Shown here one piece after another: positions 24,682 to 34,177 of a stretch of DNA of 43,525 bases (the stretch's first letter is position 1; each line of letters begins with the position of its first letter). The DNA comes from a virus (Duplodnaviria > Caudoviricetes): positions 1-43,525 of the IMG/VR virus record IMGVR_UViG_3300032608_000646; one strand, given 5' to 3'. The notes beneath the pieces were generated by a model. The model worked only from the letters and a program-made list of their open reading frames with translations. It was not told the origin of the DNA and did not search any database. The position numbers were made by a program, and so were the translations under genes.

Positions 24682-26763
24682 ATGAAGATTTTAATTACAG
24701 GCGCAAGCGGATTTATGGGGTCACATATAGCTGAAGCTTTTGTAAAATTAGATGAGCATAAAGTATATGGTGTAGATGATAATTCTGGAGGGAATCCTCA
24801 AAATGTACCAATAGGCTGCTTATTTACAGAATTAGATCTACGAGACAAAGAGAAGGTAGCTGCTTATATCAAGCAAGTACAGCCTGATGTATTATATCAT
24901 TTAGCCGCTAATGCGCGAGAATGTGCCTCTTTCTTTCAGCCAATAGATGTTACTGAAAGAAATTTATTAGCTTACATTAATGTATTAGAACCTTGTATTA
25001 AATATGGTATGAAAAAAGTTGTTCTTTTTTCTTGTCATGATAATAAAACCAGACTTGTTACTAAAAAAGGATTAAAATATTATTGGGAAATTAATAAAGA
25101 TGACATTGTTTTTTCTTTAAATAAAAAATGTGAAATTGAAGAATCTCAAATTAATGAAATTATTATTAATGAATATAAGGGTAAGTTAATTAATTTTAAA
25201 GGTAAAGCTAATTTAATGGTTACCCCTAATCATAGAATGTGTTATATAAAATCTCCCAAGTTAAATCCTAGATTAGAATACGAGATCGCTGAAAAAAGTT
25301 TTAAACGCTCTTATTTACAATGTCCACAAGGGAAATGGATAGGTAAGGAGGTGGCTATAAATTATGCTATAAATAAGAAGGATTTAGCTTATTTAGTAGG
25401 TTTATTTATAGCAGACGGTGTTGCGTCTTATGAAATAAGAAGACAGAAAAATAAAAGCGGATACAATAGAAAAGATTTTTTAAAAAAACGTGATACATTA
25501 GGTAGATTTTATAAAATTAAAAAAAGAGGCATAAATAATTTTTCTTATTGGGATATTTATTCTATTAGATTTTGTATTCCAGAAAGTGATAGATCAAGAA
25601 AAAAATTGATTGATATATTAGAAAGAAATAATTTGAATCCATGGTCGGATAGAAATGTTGTTGGTATTAGTTCTAAAAATTTAAAAGAATTATATAATAT
25701 TTTTTCTGAATGTGGTAAAAATGCACACGAAAAAAAAATTCCAACCAAGTGGCTTAATGGCGATAAAGAGCTACTAAAAAAAGTTTATGAAGGTTTAATG
25801 GATGGAGATGGTGATAAACGTAGAATGGTCTTAACTACAGTTTCGATGAAGTTGGTTGAAAACTGTATAGAATTGGCAATTAAAATAGGTAAAACTATTA
25901 GCTTTAAATACCATAAACGAGAGAAAGAATGTAAATTAAAAGATGGTAGGATTATTAAAGGTTCTGGTGCATATTATATTTGTTTTGGGAATAAAAATCA
26001 AGTAATTTGGAAAAAAAAGTATAATTTTAAAAAATTTCCATATAAAGGAAATGTATGGTGTTTAAATACTAATAATTCTAATTTTTTAGTAGAAAGAAGA
26101 GGACGTATTGCATTTTCAGGTAATTCAATGTCCAGGTACGGTGATCAAGAACCTCCATTTGATGAGGAATATCCAACAAAACCATTGGATATATATGCTT
26201 CTAATAAAGTAGCTATGGAAGAAATTACTAAACAATTGTCGGGAGCGCATGGTTTTGAATGGACAATTATTGTGCCAAGAAATGTATTTGGAGAAAAACA
26301 GTCTCTTAAAGATCGTTTTAGAAACTATATTGCTATAACCATGAATCATATTATGCGTAATGAAGATGTGATAATTTATGGTGATGGTGAACAAGTGAGA
26401 TCATTTTCATATATTAAAAATAGTTTACCATGTTATATAGACTGTTTAGATGATTGTGAGGGAGAGACTATTAATATAGGGGGTTTAGCCCCTAAGACTA
26501 TTAATGAAGTAGCAGAGCTTATTATTGTTCAGTTTTCAGGTTACAAAGGAAAAGTTGTGCATTTGCCGCCACGGCATGGAGAAGTTAAACTAGCTTATGC
26601 GACGTATAAAAAGTCACGTTTTAAACTTGGTTATAGAGAAAAATATAGTTTAGAAGATGGTATCGCTTTAATGGCTGCATGGGCAAAGAATCAAGGCCCG
26701 CAAGAATGGACAAAGGATACTCTATCATTAATTAATGAAAAAGTGCCTATGACTTGGAGGTGA
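24682..26763 (+). CDS. NAD-dependent NDP-sugar epimerase/dehydratase (extended SDR) containing an intein
   Basis: GASGFMG, YHLAA, spliced junction VLFS/SMSRYG, YASNK, PRNVFG, YGDGEQVRSFSYI; 329 aa after splicing. Confidence 0.92.
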   Translation: MKILITGASGFMGSHIAEAFVKLDEHKVYGVDDNSGGNPQNVPIGCLFTELDLRDKEKVAAYIKQVQPDVLYHLAANARECASFFQPIDVTERNLLAYINVLEPCIKYGMKKVVLFSCHDNKTRLVTKKGLKYYWEINKDDIVFSLNKKCEIEESQINEIIINEYKGKLINFKGKANLMVTPNHRMCYIKSPKLNPRLEYEIAEKSFKRSYLQCPQGKWIGKEVAINYAINKKDLAYLVGLFIADGVASYEIRRQKNKSGYNRKDFLKKRDTLGRFYKIKKRGINNFSYWDIYSIRFCIPESDRSRKKLIDILERNNLNPWSDRNVVGISSKNLKELYNIFSECGKNAHEKKIPTKWLNGDKELLKKVYEGLMDGDGDKRRMVLTTVSMKLVENCIELAIKIGKTISFKYHKREKECKLKDGRIIKGSGAYYICFGNKNQVIWKKKYNFKKFPYKGNVWCLNTNNSNFLVERRGRIAFSGNSMSRYGDQEPPFDEEYPTKPLDIYASNKVAMEEITKQLSGAHGFEWTIIVPRNVFGEKQSLKDRFRNYIAITMNHIMRNEDVIIYGDGEQVRSFSYIKNSLPCYIDCLDDCEGETINIGGLAPKTINEVAELIIVQFSGYKGKVVHLPPRHGEVKLAYATYKKSRFKLGYREKYSLEDGIALMAAWAKNQGPQEWTKDTLSLINEKVPMTWR
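25033..26124 (+). mobile_element. intein with LAGLIDADG homing endonuclease (364 aa)
   Basis: Begins CHDNKTRLVT; block B VTPNHRM; GLFIADG and GLMDGDG; ends VWCL...NFLVERRGRIAFSGN followed by Ser+1. Confidence 0.92.
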
Positions 26764-26768
26764 TTTAA

Positions 26769-27287
26769 ATGGCTAATGTATTAGAGATTGATTTAATACC
26801 AAGATTGGCGCGTGAAGTAGGTGATACAGATTCTAGTAACCTTTATTATACACCCGATCAATTATTTAGCGCCTTAAATGATGGTTTGGAAGATATGAAT
26901 GAAGAAATGTATCAACAATACAGCGTCACTGGTACTGGTAATACTGCTTATTATGTTCCTACACCTTCAGATATTGATAAAAGACTTTTGGTTCTTTATT
27001 CAGCCAGGGTTTTAGCGAGGGGTGAAATGGCATTAGCATCTAGAACAGGCATAGTACACACTAATCCTGCTGGCAGAACCGACTTAAGTAAGCGGCCTGA
27101 TTTCTTTGAGCGTCAAATTAAGCACTATGATAAGATGATTGCCAGATTGCGCCATCAACGTGGCCAGAGAACTGTTGATGATAAACTTGGTGATGATGGT
27201 GCTCAGGAGATTATGAATCCACCAACTTATCCAGATAATTCTACATGGCGTGTAGGGTTGCCATTCTCTACTACCACTACAACATAA
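26769..27287 (+). CDS. head-tail adaptor/connector (putative)
   Basis: LAREVGDTD...YYTPDQL N-terminal pattern of helical adaptors; position. Confidence 0.6.
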   Translation: MANVLEIDLIPRLAREVGDTDSSNLYYTPDQLFSALNDGLEDMNEEMYQQYSVTGTGNTAYYVPTPSDIDKRLLVLYSARVLARGEMALASRTGIVHTNPAGRTDLSKRPDFFERQIKHYDKMIARLRHQRGQRTVDDKLGDDGAQEIMNPPTYPDNSTWRVGLPFSTTTTT

Positions 27288-27298
27288 AGGAGGTTAAA

Positions 27299-27565
27299 AT
27301 GCCAAAATTGGTTGATTTAGGTCATAAACCTACAGCGATTGAAGGTAAGAAAGAAAAGTATTATCCGAATATATATCTATACGATAAAGTACCTGAAGAA
27401 TTGATGGATGTAGATTTAGGTAAAGTGGTAGAGTGCGTGATCTTGGCTAAAGTTACATCTAAGGGAATTGATGAACATGGCCATAAAAAAACAGAAAATA
27501 TGACTTTAGAAGTTCATAAGATAGGTTATATTGGTAAAGCAGGATTTGATAATAAAAAAAAATAG
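27299..27565 (+). CDS. small virion protein, possibly capsid-staple-like
   Basis: AAGGAGG RBS fixes start at 27299; YYPNIYL...G...AKVTS...MTLEV pattern. Confidence 0.45.
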   Translation: MPKLVDLGHKPTAIEGKKEKYYPNIYLYDKVPEELMDVDLGKVVECVILAKVTSKGIDEHGHKKTENMTLEVHKIGYIGKAGFDNKKK

Positions 27566-27574
27566 GGCTATAAA

Positions 27575-27973
27575 ATGGGCGGAAGCAATCCTGTACAATA
27601 TAATAGGTATCTTAGAAAAATCTTAAAGACTATACGAGATGATCTAAGATATGACAATGCAACTCTTTGGACAACTTCTGAAATAGGAGTTTCTGATGAT
27701 GATGTTTTTGCAGTGCCTACTTCTATAACTAGCGGATCCCGCATATTTTCTGGTGCTATTGCGTGGGGGCCCACTATTCGTTATCAAGATGAAGCAGGTG
27801 GGGCTGTTAAGCACAGTGACTGCACTATCATAGCAAGCAGCAGCGAAAAATCATTTATCGATGCTGAGAATATATATTTAGTGGCTGATGGAATACGCCT
27901 CAGACCTTTGAGGATTATAGAAGCTACTGATACTGAGGAAATCGTAATCCATTGCGAACGAATGAAAACCTAA
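27575..27973 (+). CDS. head closure/stopper protein (putative)
   Basis: 132-aa beta-rich protein ending EIVIHCER; position in neck module. Confidence 0.5.
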   Translation: MGGSNPVQYNRYLRKILKTIRDDLRYDNATLWTTSEIGVSDDDVFAVPTSITSGSRIFSGAIAWGPTIRYQDEAGGAVKHSDCTIIASSSEKSFIDAENIYLVADGIRLRPLRIIEATDTEEIVIHCERMKT

Positions 27974-27985
27974 AAGGGGGACGAG

Positions 27986-28393
27986 ATGTCAGAGATACCT
28001 AGAACTGAAAAAGTTGATATTTGGATGGAAGCAGTTCGTACAATAGTAGGATACCATAAAAGAACCTTATTGGACTTTATTGATACAATAGGGAAGAATG
28101 TGACTCAACAAGAAAAAGAACGCTTTGGCCGTATAAAAGGGCGGGTACATAATGACCTAAGCCAATGCGCTTTAAGCCTTGGAATTCTTATAGAGACTTA
28201 CAGAGTTGGCGGAAACATTGATTCTTTCAAGGGAAGTATGCTTGATAGTAGGCCTCATGAGAATAGACCTCATGATAACAGGCCTCATTATAGTAAACCA
28301 ACTATTAATAAAAAGCAGTCTCAGCCTGTTAACCCAGTACTATCAAAGGAAAAGGCTAATGCAATCACCAACAACAATAACGTGGACAAATAA
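27986..28393 (+). CDS. hypothetical protein
   Basis: Helical N-terminus and three RPHxx repeats near the C-terminus. Confidence 0.55.
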   Translation: MSEIPRTEKVDIWMEAVRTIVGYHKRTLLDFIDTIGKNVTQQEKERFGRIKGRVHNDLSQCALSLGILIETYRVGGNIDSFKGSMLDSRPHENRPHDNRPHYSKPTINKKQSQPVNPVLSKEKANAITNNNNVDK

Positions 28394-29060
28394 TGGTTTG
28401 AAGAAGATTAAGCGCTTGCAGGATGTCTTACGAATAGAGGGCGAGGTCTCGCTTAAAAAAAGTATCAATCTCTTTGTGCGTCCAAAAACAGCTAAATTAG
28501 CTCCGAGTTGGCGCAAAGAGGCAGAAGTTGTTAGTAAGGGGAAAATCATAAATGGATCAAAACCAGGACAAACGGTCGGTACTCCAGATGGAAGACGTTT
28601 TATGAAAGCGGCTGGATTATTATCTATTAAAGAAGCAATCATGACTGAAATATCTTTTACAATACAAAAATCAAAGAAGTCTGCGTTGGTTGGTTTTGGT
28701 AAAGCTTTTCGTATGAATAGAAAAATTGGATTTGCATGGCAGACTAGAGAAGGGGTAAGAACGACTCAAGATGCTCAAGCTGGTCCTTTTTGGTCAAGAG
28801 AGTATATTCAAGCATGGGAAAACCGAGCGCGTAGTTTTACAATAGAACCTAGAGACCGTTATAGAACAACAGCTTCTGGTCGTAAAATTCAAGCGCGTTT
28901 ATATCCTGAAAAAGGAGTCTGGGCCTTGGTTATGCAGAAAACAATCTCCGACAGAGCTGAAGGATATGGATTTTTTAAAAATGGTCTCTTAGGATCTACT
29001 GGTGCAATAAAAACATATATGAAAAAACATTTAGTTTCTAAACTAAGAGAGATTATGTAA
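28359..29060 (+). CDS. basic neck/tail-completion protein (putative)
   Basis: K/R-rich, between stopper and terminator; ATG 28359 preferred over track start 28206. Confidence 0.5.
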   Translation: MQSPTTITWTNNGLKKIKRLQDVLRIEGEVSLKKSINLFVRPKTAKLAPSWRKEAEVVSKGKIINGSKPGQTVGTPDGRRFMKAAGLLSIKEAIMTEISFTIQKSKKSALVGFGKAFRMNRKIGFAWQTREGVRTTQDAQAGPFWSREYIQAWENRARSFTIEPRDRYRTTASGRKIQARLYPEKGVWALVMQKTISDRAEGYGFFKNGLLGSTGAIKTYMKKHLVSKLREIM

Positions 29061-29596
29061 TGGCAGATTTACCGAAAGTTACAGCAAAGACAGAGCAAGT
29101 AAATATATTACAATCTATTTTTCATTTTTTAAAAACAGCTTCTTATATAAGATCTGGGGCATCTACTTATAACGATGCTACATTAGAAAATCAATATACT
29201 AATTTGGAAATTAAATTAGGTTTTCCTGAACCAACTGAAAAAATACATTTACCTATGTTGGCAATAGAAGAAGGTGACATAGAAAGAATAATGGATGAAA
29301 CGTATGGTAATACAACTCAAGAAATATTGTATTCATATACTATACATGGATTTGCTGGTGGAAAACAGAGTGACGGTTTAAATAGAAAATTAAAAAATGA
29401 GATACTGAATGATGTGAAACAGCTTTTTGAGGATAGTGAATATATATACTATCACAATTACCCGAATTTTAATACGGGTGCTGATTTAGCGGTCAGAGAC
29501 GTTCTAGGCACATTCCTTCCGATTACGGGGAATCTGGAAGCGGATAGGCATAGATTTCAGATAACGTTTGATCTGGCTTATATAAGGAACGATTGA
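29060..29596 (+). CDS. tail terminator protein (putative)
   Basis: LPMLAI, YTIHGFA, RFQITFDL pattern; immediately precedes the tube gene. Confidence 0.55.
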   Translation: MADLPKVTAKTEQVNILQSIFHFLKTASYIRSGASTYNDATLENQYTNLEIKLGFPEPTEKIHLPMLAIEEGDIERIMDETYGNTTQEILYSYTIHGFAGGKQSDGLNRKLKNEILNDVKQLFEDSEYIYYHNYPNFNTGADLAVRDVLGTFLPITGNLEADRHRFQITFDLAYIRND

Positions 29597-29641
29597 TAGG
29601 CTAAGAATTAAAACAAAAACTAAAAAGGGAGGTGAGGACGA

Positions 29642-30469
29642 ATGCCTGTATTAGCTAGTGAACTTGTTAAACGTAAGAAAGAGCAGGTGTTTGCAGAAGG
29701 CTACCTGATAGACGTTGCGTCGGAATTAACAGGAACTGTAGCGGCTTCCGAAGAAGTAGTACACGTTTATGGGCAGGATGATCCTATTCTGGATATTAAT
29801 GTTGATAACTCAACATTAACAGTAACTGTTTATGACAAAGAAGAGAACAACAGGTTACTTGAAGCACTCCAGAGAGTAGATCCTGATACAGCTACTACTT
29901 TCCAATACAAGTGGGATAATATTTATGAGACTACTATTTGGGCAAATAGGTTTAATCGTTCGAACACCGAGTATACCAGATCAGTTATTTACAAAAACTG
30001 GCTCCCAGTTCCTGGTATGCCGGCGGGCGATGCGGCAGCAAAAGGTACGCGAACGTTTGCTGGAAATGGTGAAATCCCAAGAGAGTACAATTATCCTATA
30101 ATTGGAGAGAAGCTTGCGTTGACAACAGGAGCAACGGGGTATGCTTGGACAGCAACATTGGCCAAGGCAACTCCAGTAGCTGTTCCAAATGTAGCAATTA
30201 AGCCTGGGAACACGGCAACAACTTTATATGCTATTAGAGTTATGGCTATTAACGAAGTGAGGGATGGTACTTCTTTAGCTGCTTTTGATCAGGAAGAACT
30301 TGCTATTGATGCTGCCATGGTTGATTCTAATGGTACTATAAGGATTACAGGTAATACTGACATGGATAAGCTTTCGTGGGCTACACATGTGTATGTTAAT
30401 TATTTGTACACTAATTCTGTGGGCACGTATCCTGAACTTAAGTCGAATGGTTTATTCGAAAATATATAA
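29642..30469 (+). CDS. major tail tube protein with C-terminal extra domain (putative)
   Basis: GGAGGTGA RBS, Thr/Ala-rich, precedes chaperone and TMP, followed by a strong hairpin. Confidence 0.7.
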   Translation: MPVLASELVKRKKEQVFAEGYLIDVASELTGTVAASEEVVHVYGQDDPILDINVDNSTLTVTVYDKEENNRLLEALQRVDPDTATTFQYKWDNIYETTIWANRFNRSNTEYTRSVIYKNWLPVPGMPAGDAAAKGTRTFAGNGEIPREYNYPIIGEKLALTTGATGYAWTATLAKATPVAVPNVAIKPGNTATTLYAIRVMAINEVRDGTSLAAFDQEELAIDAAMVDSNGTIRITGNTDMDKLSWATHVYVNYLYTNSVGTYPELKSNGLFENI

Positions 30470-30483
30470 TATAGATTGAGAGT

Positions 30484-30517
30484 TATGGGAGAGTGGGAAT
30501 TATCCCACTTTCCCATA
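30484..30517 (+). terminator. strong hairpin after tail tube gene (no U-tract)
   Basis: TATGGGAGAGTGGGA-atta-TCCCACTTTCCCATA, 15 bp with one G-U. Confidence 0.55.
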
Positions 30518-30531
30518 TTAAGGAGGACAGA

Positions 30532-31227
30532 ATGGGTGAAAAGAAACTAAGTATTTATGATCTTTATAAAAAAGAGAAGCTGATAAATGTTAAAGGTGAT
30601 GAGGGTGAGGTTTCTATATTATTAGTAAAAATGACAACTGGGGAACGCACTAAAGCACTTGAAGTTTTGAACAGTATCCAAAAAGAAGAAGAGACCAGGA
30701 TTAAAGCAGATAAAGTAGAGTCTGAGCGCATTTGGGCTATTTTAAATAAAGCTTCAAAAAATGAACTTATAGCAGGTATTTTAAATGTGGAGGAACTCGA
30801 ACAGCGCAATGAACTTGATAAGTTTATTATTCCGGACAGAGATACTTTAACAGAAGAAGAAATAAAGAAAAAAGAGGAAGATAATCTTAAGAAATGGATA
30901 GATGAGAGACGTAAATATATAGAAAAAGAGTATGATTTAAATAGTTTAAAAGAAGAGCTATTTGCTTTTAGAGTCAAATCTTTAGGAATGATTAAAGCTT
31001 TATATGAGTATGATCTTGAATGCCTTGTTTATATGTGTCGGCAAGTTGACACGAAAGAAACTATTTTTAAATCCAGGGGAGATGTGGGAAAGCTGAGTGA
31101 CAAACGACTTGTAGATTTTTTATTAGAAGAGTTAAAAAAATTCAGGAGATTTGAAACCGAGAAAGAAGTGCGTCAAGCGGCGCAGGATTCAAATTTTTTG
31201 GCGTCTGGCGAGTCGGGATCAAAGTAA
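30532..31227 (+). CDS. tail assembly chaperone (gpG-like)
   Basis: AAGGAGG RBS before ATG 30532; slippery site near the 3' end. Confidence 0.75.
   Translation: MGEKKLSIYDLYKKEKLINVKGDEGEVSILLVKMTTGERTKALEVLNSIQKEEETRIKADKVESERIWAILNKASKNELIAGILNVEELEQRNELDKFIIPDRDTLTEEEIKKKEEDNLKKWIDERRKYIEKEYDLNSLKEELFAFRVKSLGMIKALYEYDLECLVYMCRQVDTKETIFKSRGDVGKLSDKRLVDFLLEELKKFRRFETEKEVRQAAQDSNFLASGESGSK
31191..31200 (+). promoter_or_regulatory. -1 programmed ribosomal frameshift site
   Basis: A AAT TTT TTG contains overlapping X XXY YYZ heptamers; the -1 frame is open from here to 31505. Confidence 0.8.
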
Positions 31228-31505
31228 ATAGACTTCCTTACTATAATGATCTTGAACTCGCGGACTTACCAGCTGATTTTTTAAGTGTTATTCAATATAG
31301 AATATATTTAGACTATGTGGACGAGGTATTAGGGTATTATTCAAGCATACCTCAGCCATCTGGCTATATAATACATGAGCCCAGGGAATTTAATAAATGG
31401 GCAGAATGGGCACAACAGTATAAACCGAAACAAGATATGAGTATTATGCCATTAGGCATAGGAGAAACCGCAAGAACTTTTAATGAAATGATGGAGAAAA
31501 TATAA
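31200..31505 (+). CDS. gpT-like frameshift extension of tail chaperone
   Basis: -1 frame GVWRVGIKVNRLPYY... is continuous with track ORF 31317-31505; its stop overlaps the TMP ATG. Confidence 0.75.
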   Translation, partial: GVWRVGIKVNRLPYYNDLELADLPADFLSVIQYRIYLDYVDEVLGYYSSIPQPSGYIIHEPREFNKWAEWAQQYKPKQDMSIMPLGIGETARTFNEMMEKI

Positions 31506-34177
31506 TGGCTGCAGGTAAACAAGTTGATGTATTGGTTAATATAGGTGTAAATTTTGTTCAATCCGACCAAGCGATGAAAAAAGTACAGCAAGGTGCTCAA
31601 GCAGCACTTATTCCTATAAACAAAATAACTAAGGATACTGCTAGTTATCAAAAGAAAAGTATGATGACCATGATGCGTTGGGGCATGATGTGGTCATTGA
31701 TATATGGTCAAATCCGCCTTGTTATGAGTGCCATAACAGGAGTTATTTCCGAGATGGGCCAGCTTGATGATACCATGGGAAGAGTAATGACGGTTACTAG
31801 AACAGGTGGAAAAGACGTTACAATGGTAATGACAGAAATGAGAGATGCTGTTTTAAAGTTTGCTGCTACTTCGCGTCAAAGCATTACTGATGTAGCTAAA
31901 ACATTATATTTTCTTGGTTCAGCCGGTTTAGATATGGAGCAACAGTTGGTTGGCATGCAGCATGTTATTGATTTAACAACTGGAACTGTAGGGCAGTTAG
32001 ATCAAGCGGCTAAATTAGTCGCTGGTTCATTTAATGTTTTTGGGGATTCACTAGAAGGTGTTACAACTGATGCTGAAAAATTTAAGCAAATTGCTGATAC
32101 ATTAGCGTTTGTATATTCAGAACAGCAGGTAGAGCTAGATGAAATTGCTAACGCTTTTAAATTAGTAGGGTCTGCCGCAGGTTTAATGGATATTAATTAT
32201 CAAGATTTAGTTGCAACTCTAGGTTTCCTTAATACCGGGATGCTCAAAGGAACAAGAGCAGGAACTTCCTTAATGAACGCGTTTGTTAAAATTGCTCAAA
32301 ATGCAGATAAACTACGTACTAAATTTGGGATAGCCTTAGATCCGACAGAGCCACTTAATTATGTAAGAGTTATGACCTTATTACATGAAAAAGTACAGGA
32401 TAATGTCACAGAAGCCCAGACACTAAAACAATTAAATGAAGTTTTTGGATTACGTGGCGCTCGAATGGTAAATAACGTATTAAGTAGATGGGATGAATAT
32501 GGAATTTCCCTAGATAATGCAAGAAATAAATCAAAAGATTTTGCCTCGCTGATGGCTAAGCAGATGAATGAGACGTTGCCTGGGGCCATTACTGTGTTTA
32601 GCAATAAATTAAAATCGGGTGTTATTGATGGGTTAACTGCTATAACTGACACGCTTCGCGAAACTATAGTTGAAGTTAATCAATTTATAGAAGAAAATGA
32701 CACATTAATTGAACAAGTAAAACGTATTGCCAAAGAACGTGGAATAGAATTACGAACAGCTGAAGAAATTGAAAAAGCTTATAAGTCCCAAATAAAACCA
32801 TTAGATACTGTAGCTGGTTATTTTGAAAAAACAAAGGAATCAGGTATTTTAATTTTTAGTGCTCTTAAAAGTATTCTTGGTGTTACATCGCAAGTAGCTG
32901 AAGAAAGTAAAAAAAATGAGACATCGTTATTTAAAGCAACGAAGCATGCCGCTTTTGCATTAGCAAATGAAAAAGAACGCGTTAAGGCAGCAGCTATGCT
33001 TGGTATTTCAGTTGAAGAATTAAATGGATGGTTAAAAGAAGAGGAAGCAACGCAGAAGGCGATAACAGGAGAAATAAATAAGCAACTTGATGGAACGAAA
33101 GAGATTCTTGAACTTAATACGGAACAACAGCGTGCTCTTACTAAAATGCGCGGAGCTACTTTAGCAGCACAAAAAGGAGAATTTGGGGCTAGCGCAGAAG
33201 TAATAGCTACTCAGAAATTATTAAACTTTGAAAAAGAAATAGCAGGTCTTTCAGAAACTGAGGTTGAACGTGAAGCTGTATTGGCGGAATTTGCCAGGAT
33301 GCGTAATGCCTCTATAGAAGAAATTTATAACAATACTTTATTACGAACTCAGCTTGGTTCAGAATTAATGAGCTATGAAAAACTTCGCCTTGAAGTTTTA
33401 AAAGCATCTAATGAGGAGTTAGTAAAAACAGCTAAAATTCTTAAGACAGGTGTTCATGGAATGATAATGGACATCGTAGATGGCACATTAGATTGGCAAA
33501 AAGCTATTGCTGATGTAGGAAGAAAAATGGTTTCAATGGCAGCTGAGCAGTTTGTTCAAAAATGGTTCATAGAGCCTATATTTGACACAGCTGTATCGAC
33601 TTTTGAAAATGCGGAGTATGCTTTTAAAACTGATGTAGATATGTTTAATACAGCAGTAAATAGCTTTGGAACCTATCTTAATACATTTAATCAAGAATCA
33701 GTATTTGGTGGAAAAGGGCAGGCTTCTGATTTTTATTCTCCATTAGCTGATAGTGTCAAAAAGGGTACCCAAAAAGGTGTAGAAGAAGCTGCTAAAAAGC
33801 AATCTAAATATAAAAAGATTGGTGATGTAGGACTTGGTGGTTGGGTTGGTATGGGTGCGGCAGCTTATGGTGCTTATCAAGGAGGGTCTCCAGTAGGAGG
33901 CGCGATGTCAGGCGCTATGATGGGAGCGGCGTTTGGGCCACCAGGAATGATTATAGGTGCGGCTGCAGGGGCTATTTTAGGTGCATTAGGCTCTAAGGAT
34001 AAAAAGGACCAAGTCTCCGAACAAACTAAACAGATTACAAGTAAAATTAACATAACAAACAGACTATTAGAAGTTACCAATAGAAATCTTTCAGCATTAA
34101 AGGAAGAAATTCGCCCGTATCCGCTTCCCGAAAGTTACTATTTTTCGAGTGAGGCTGCGAGAGGATGGGTAAGATGA
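31505..34177 (+). CDS. tape measure protein (TP901-type core)
   Basis: DVAKTLYFLGSAG, GMLKGTRAGTSL, EVFGLRG motifs; C-terminal glycine-zipper hydrophobic segment. Confidence 0.92.
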   Translation: MAAGKQVDVLVNIGVNFVQSDQAMKKVQQGAQAALIPINKITKDTASYQKKSMMTMMRWGMMWSLIYGQIRLVMSAITGVISEMGQLDDTMGRVMTVTRTGGKDVTMVMTEMRDAVLKFAATSRQSITDVAKTLYFLGSAGLDMEQQLVGMQHVIDLTTGTVGQLDQAAKLVAGSFNVFGDSLEGVTTDAEKFKQIADTLAFVYSEQQVELDEIANAFKLVGSAAGLMDINYQDLVATLGFLNTGMLKGTRAGTSLMNAFVKIAQNADKLRTKFGIALDPTEPLNYVRVMTLLHEKVQDNVTEAQTLKQLNEVFGLRGARMVNNVLSRWDEYGISLDNARNKSKDFASLMAKQMNETLPGAITVFSNKLKSGVIDGLTAITDTLRETIVEVNQFIEENDTLIEQVKRIAKERGIELRTAEEIEKAYKSQIKPLDTVAGYFEKTKESGILIFSALKSILGVTSQVAEESKKNETSLFKATKHAAFALANEKERVKAAAMLGISVEELNGWLKEEEATQKAITGEINKQLDGTKEILELNTEQQRALTKMRGATLAAQKGEFGASAEVIATQKLLNFEKEIAGLSETEVEREAVLAEFARMRNASIEEIYNNTLLRTQLGSELMSYEKLRLEVLKASNEELVKTAKILKTGVHGMIMDIVDGTLDWQKAIADVGRKMVSMAAEQFVQKWFIEPIFDTAVSTFENAEYAFKTDVDMFNTAVNSFGTYLNTFNQESVFGGKGQASDFYSPLADSVKKGTQKGVEEAAKKQSKYKKIGDVGLGGWVGMGAAAYGAYQGGSPVGGAMSGAMMGAAFGPPGMIIGAAAGAILGALGSKDKKDQVSEQTKQITSKINITNRLLEVTNRNLSALKEEIRPYPLPESYYFSSEAARGWVR

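Noticed and set aside
17196-29641. Archaeal host suggested by GGAGGTGA Shine-Dalgarno sites
   Set aside because: The motif also fits bacterial 16S ends; the sigma70 promoter and GroES favour a bacterial host.
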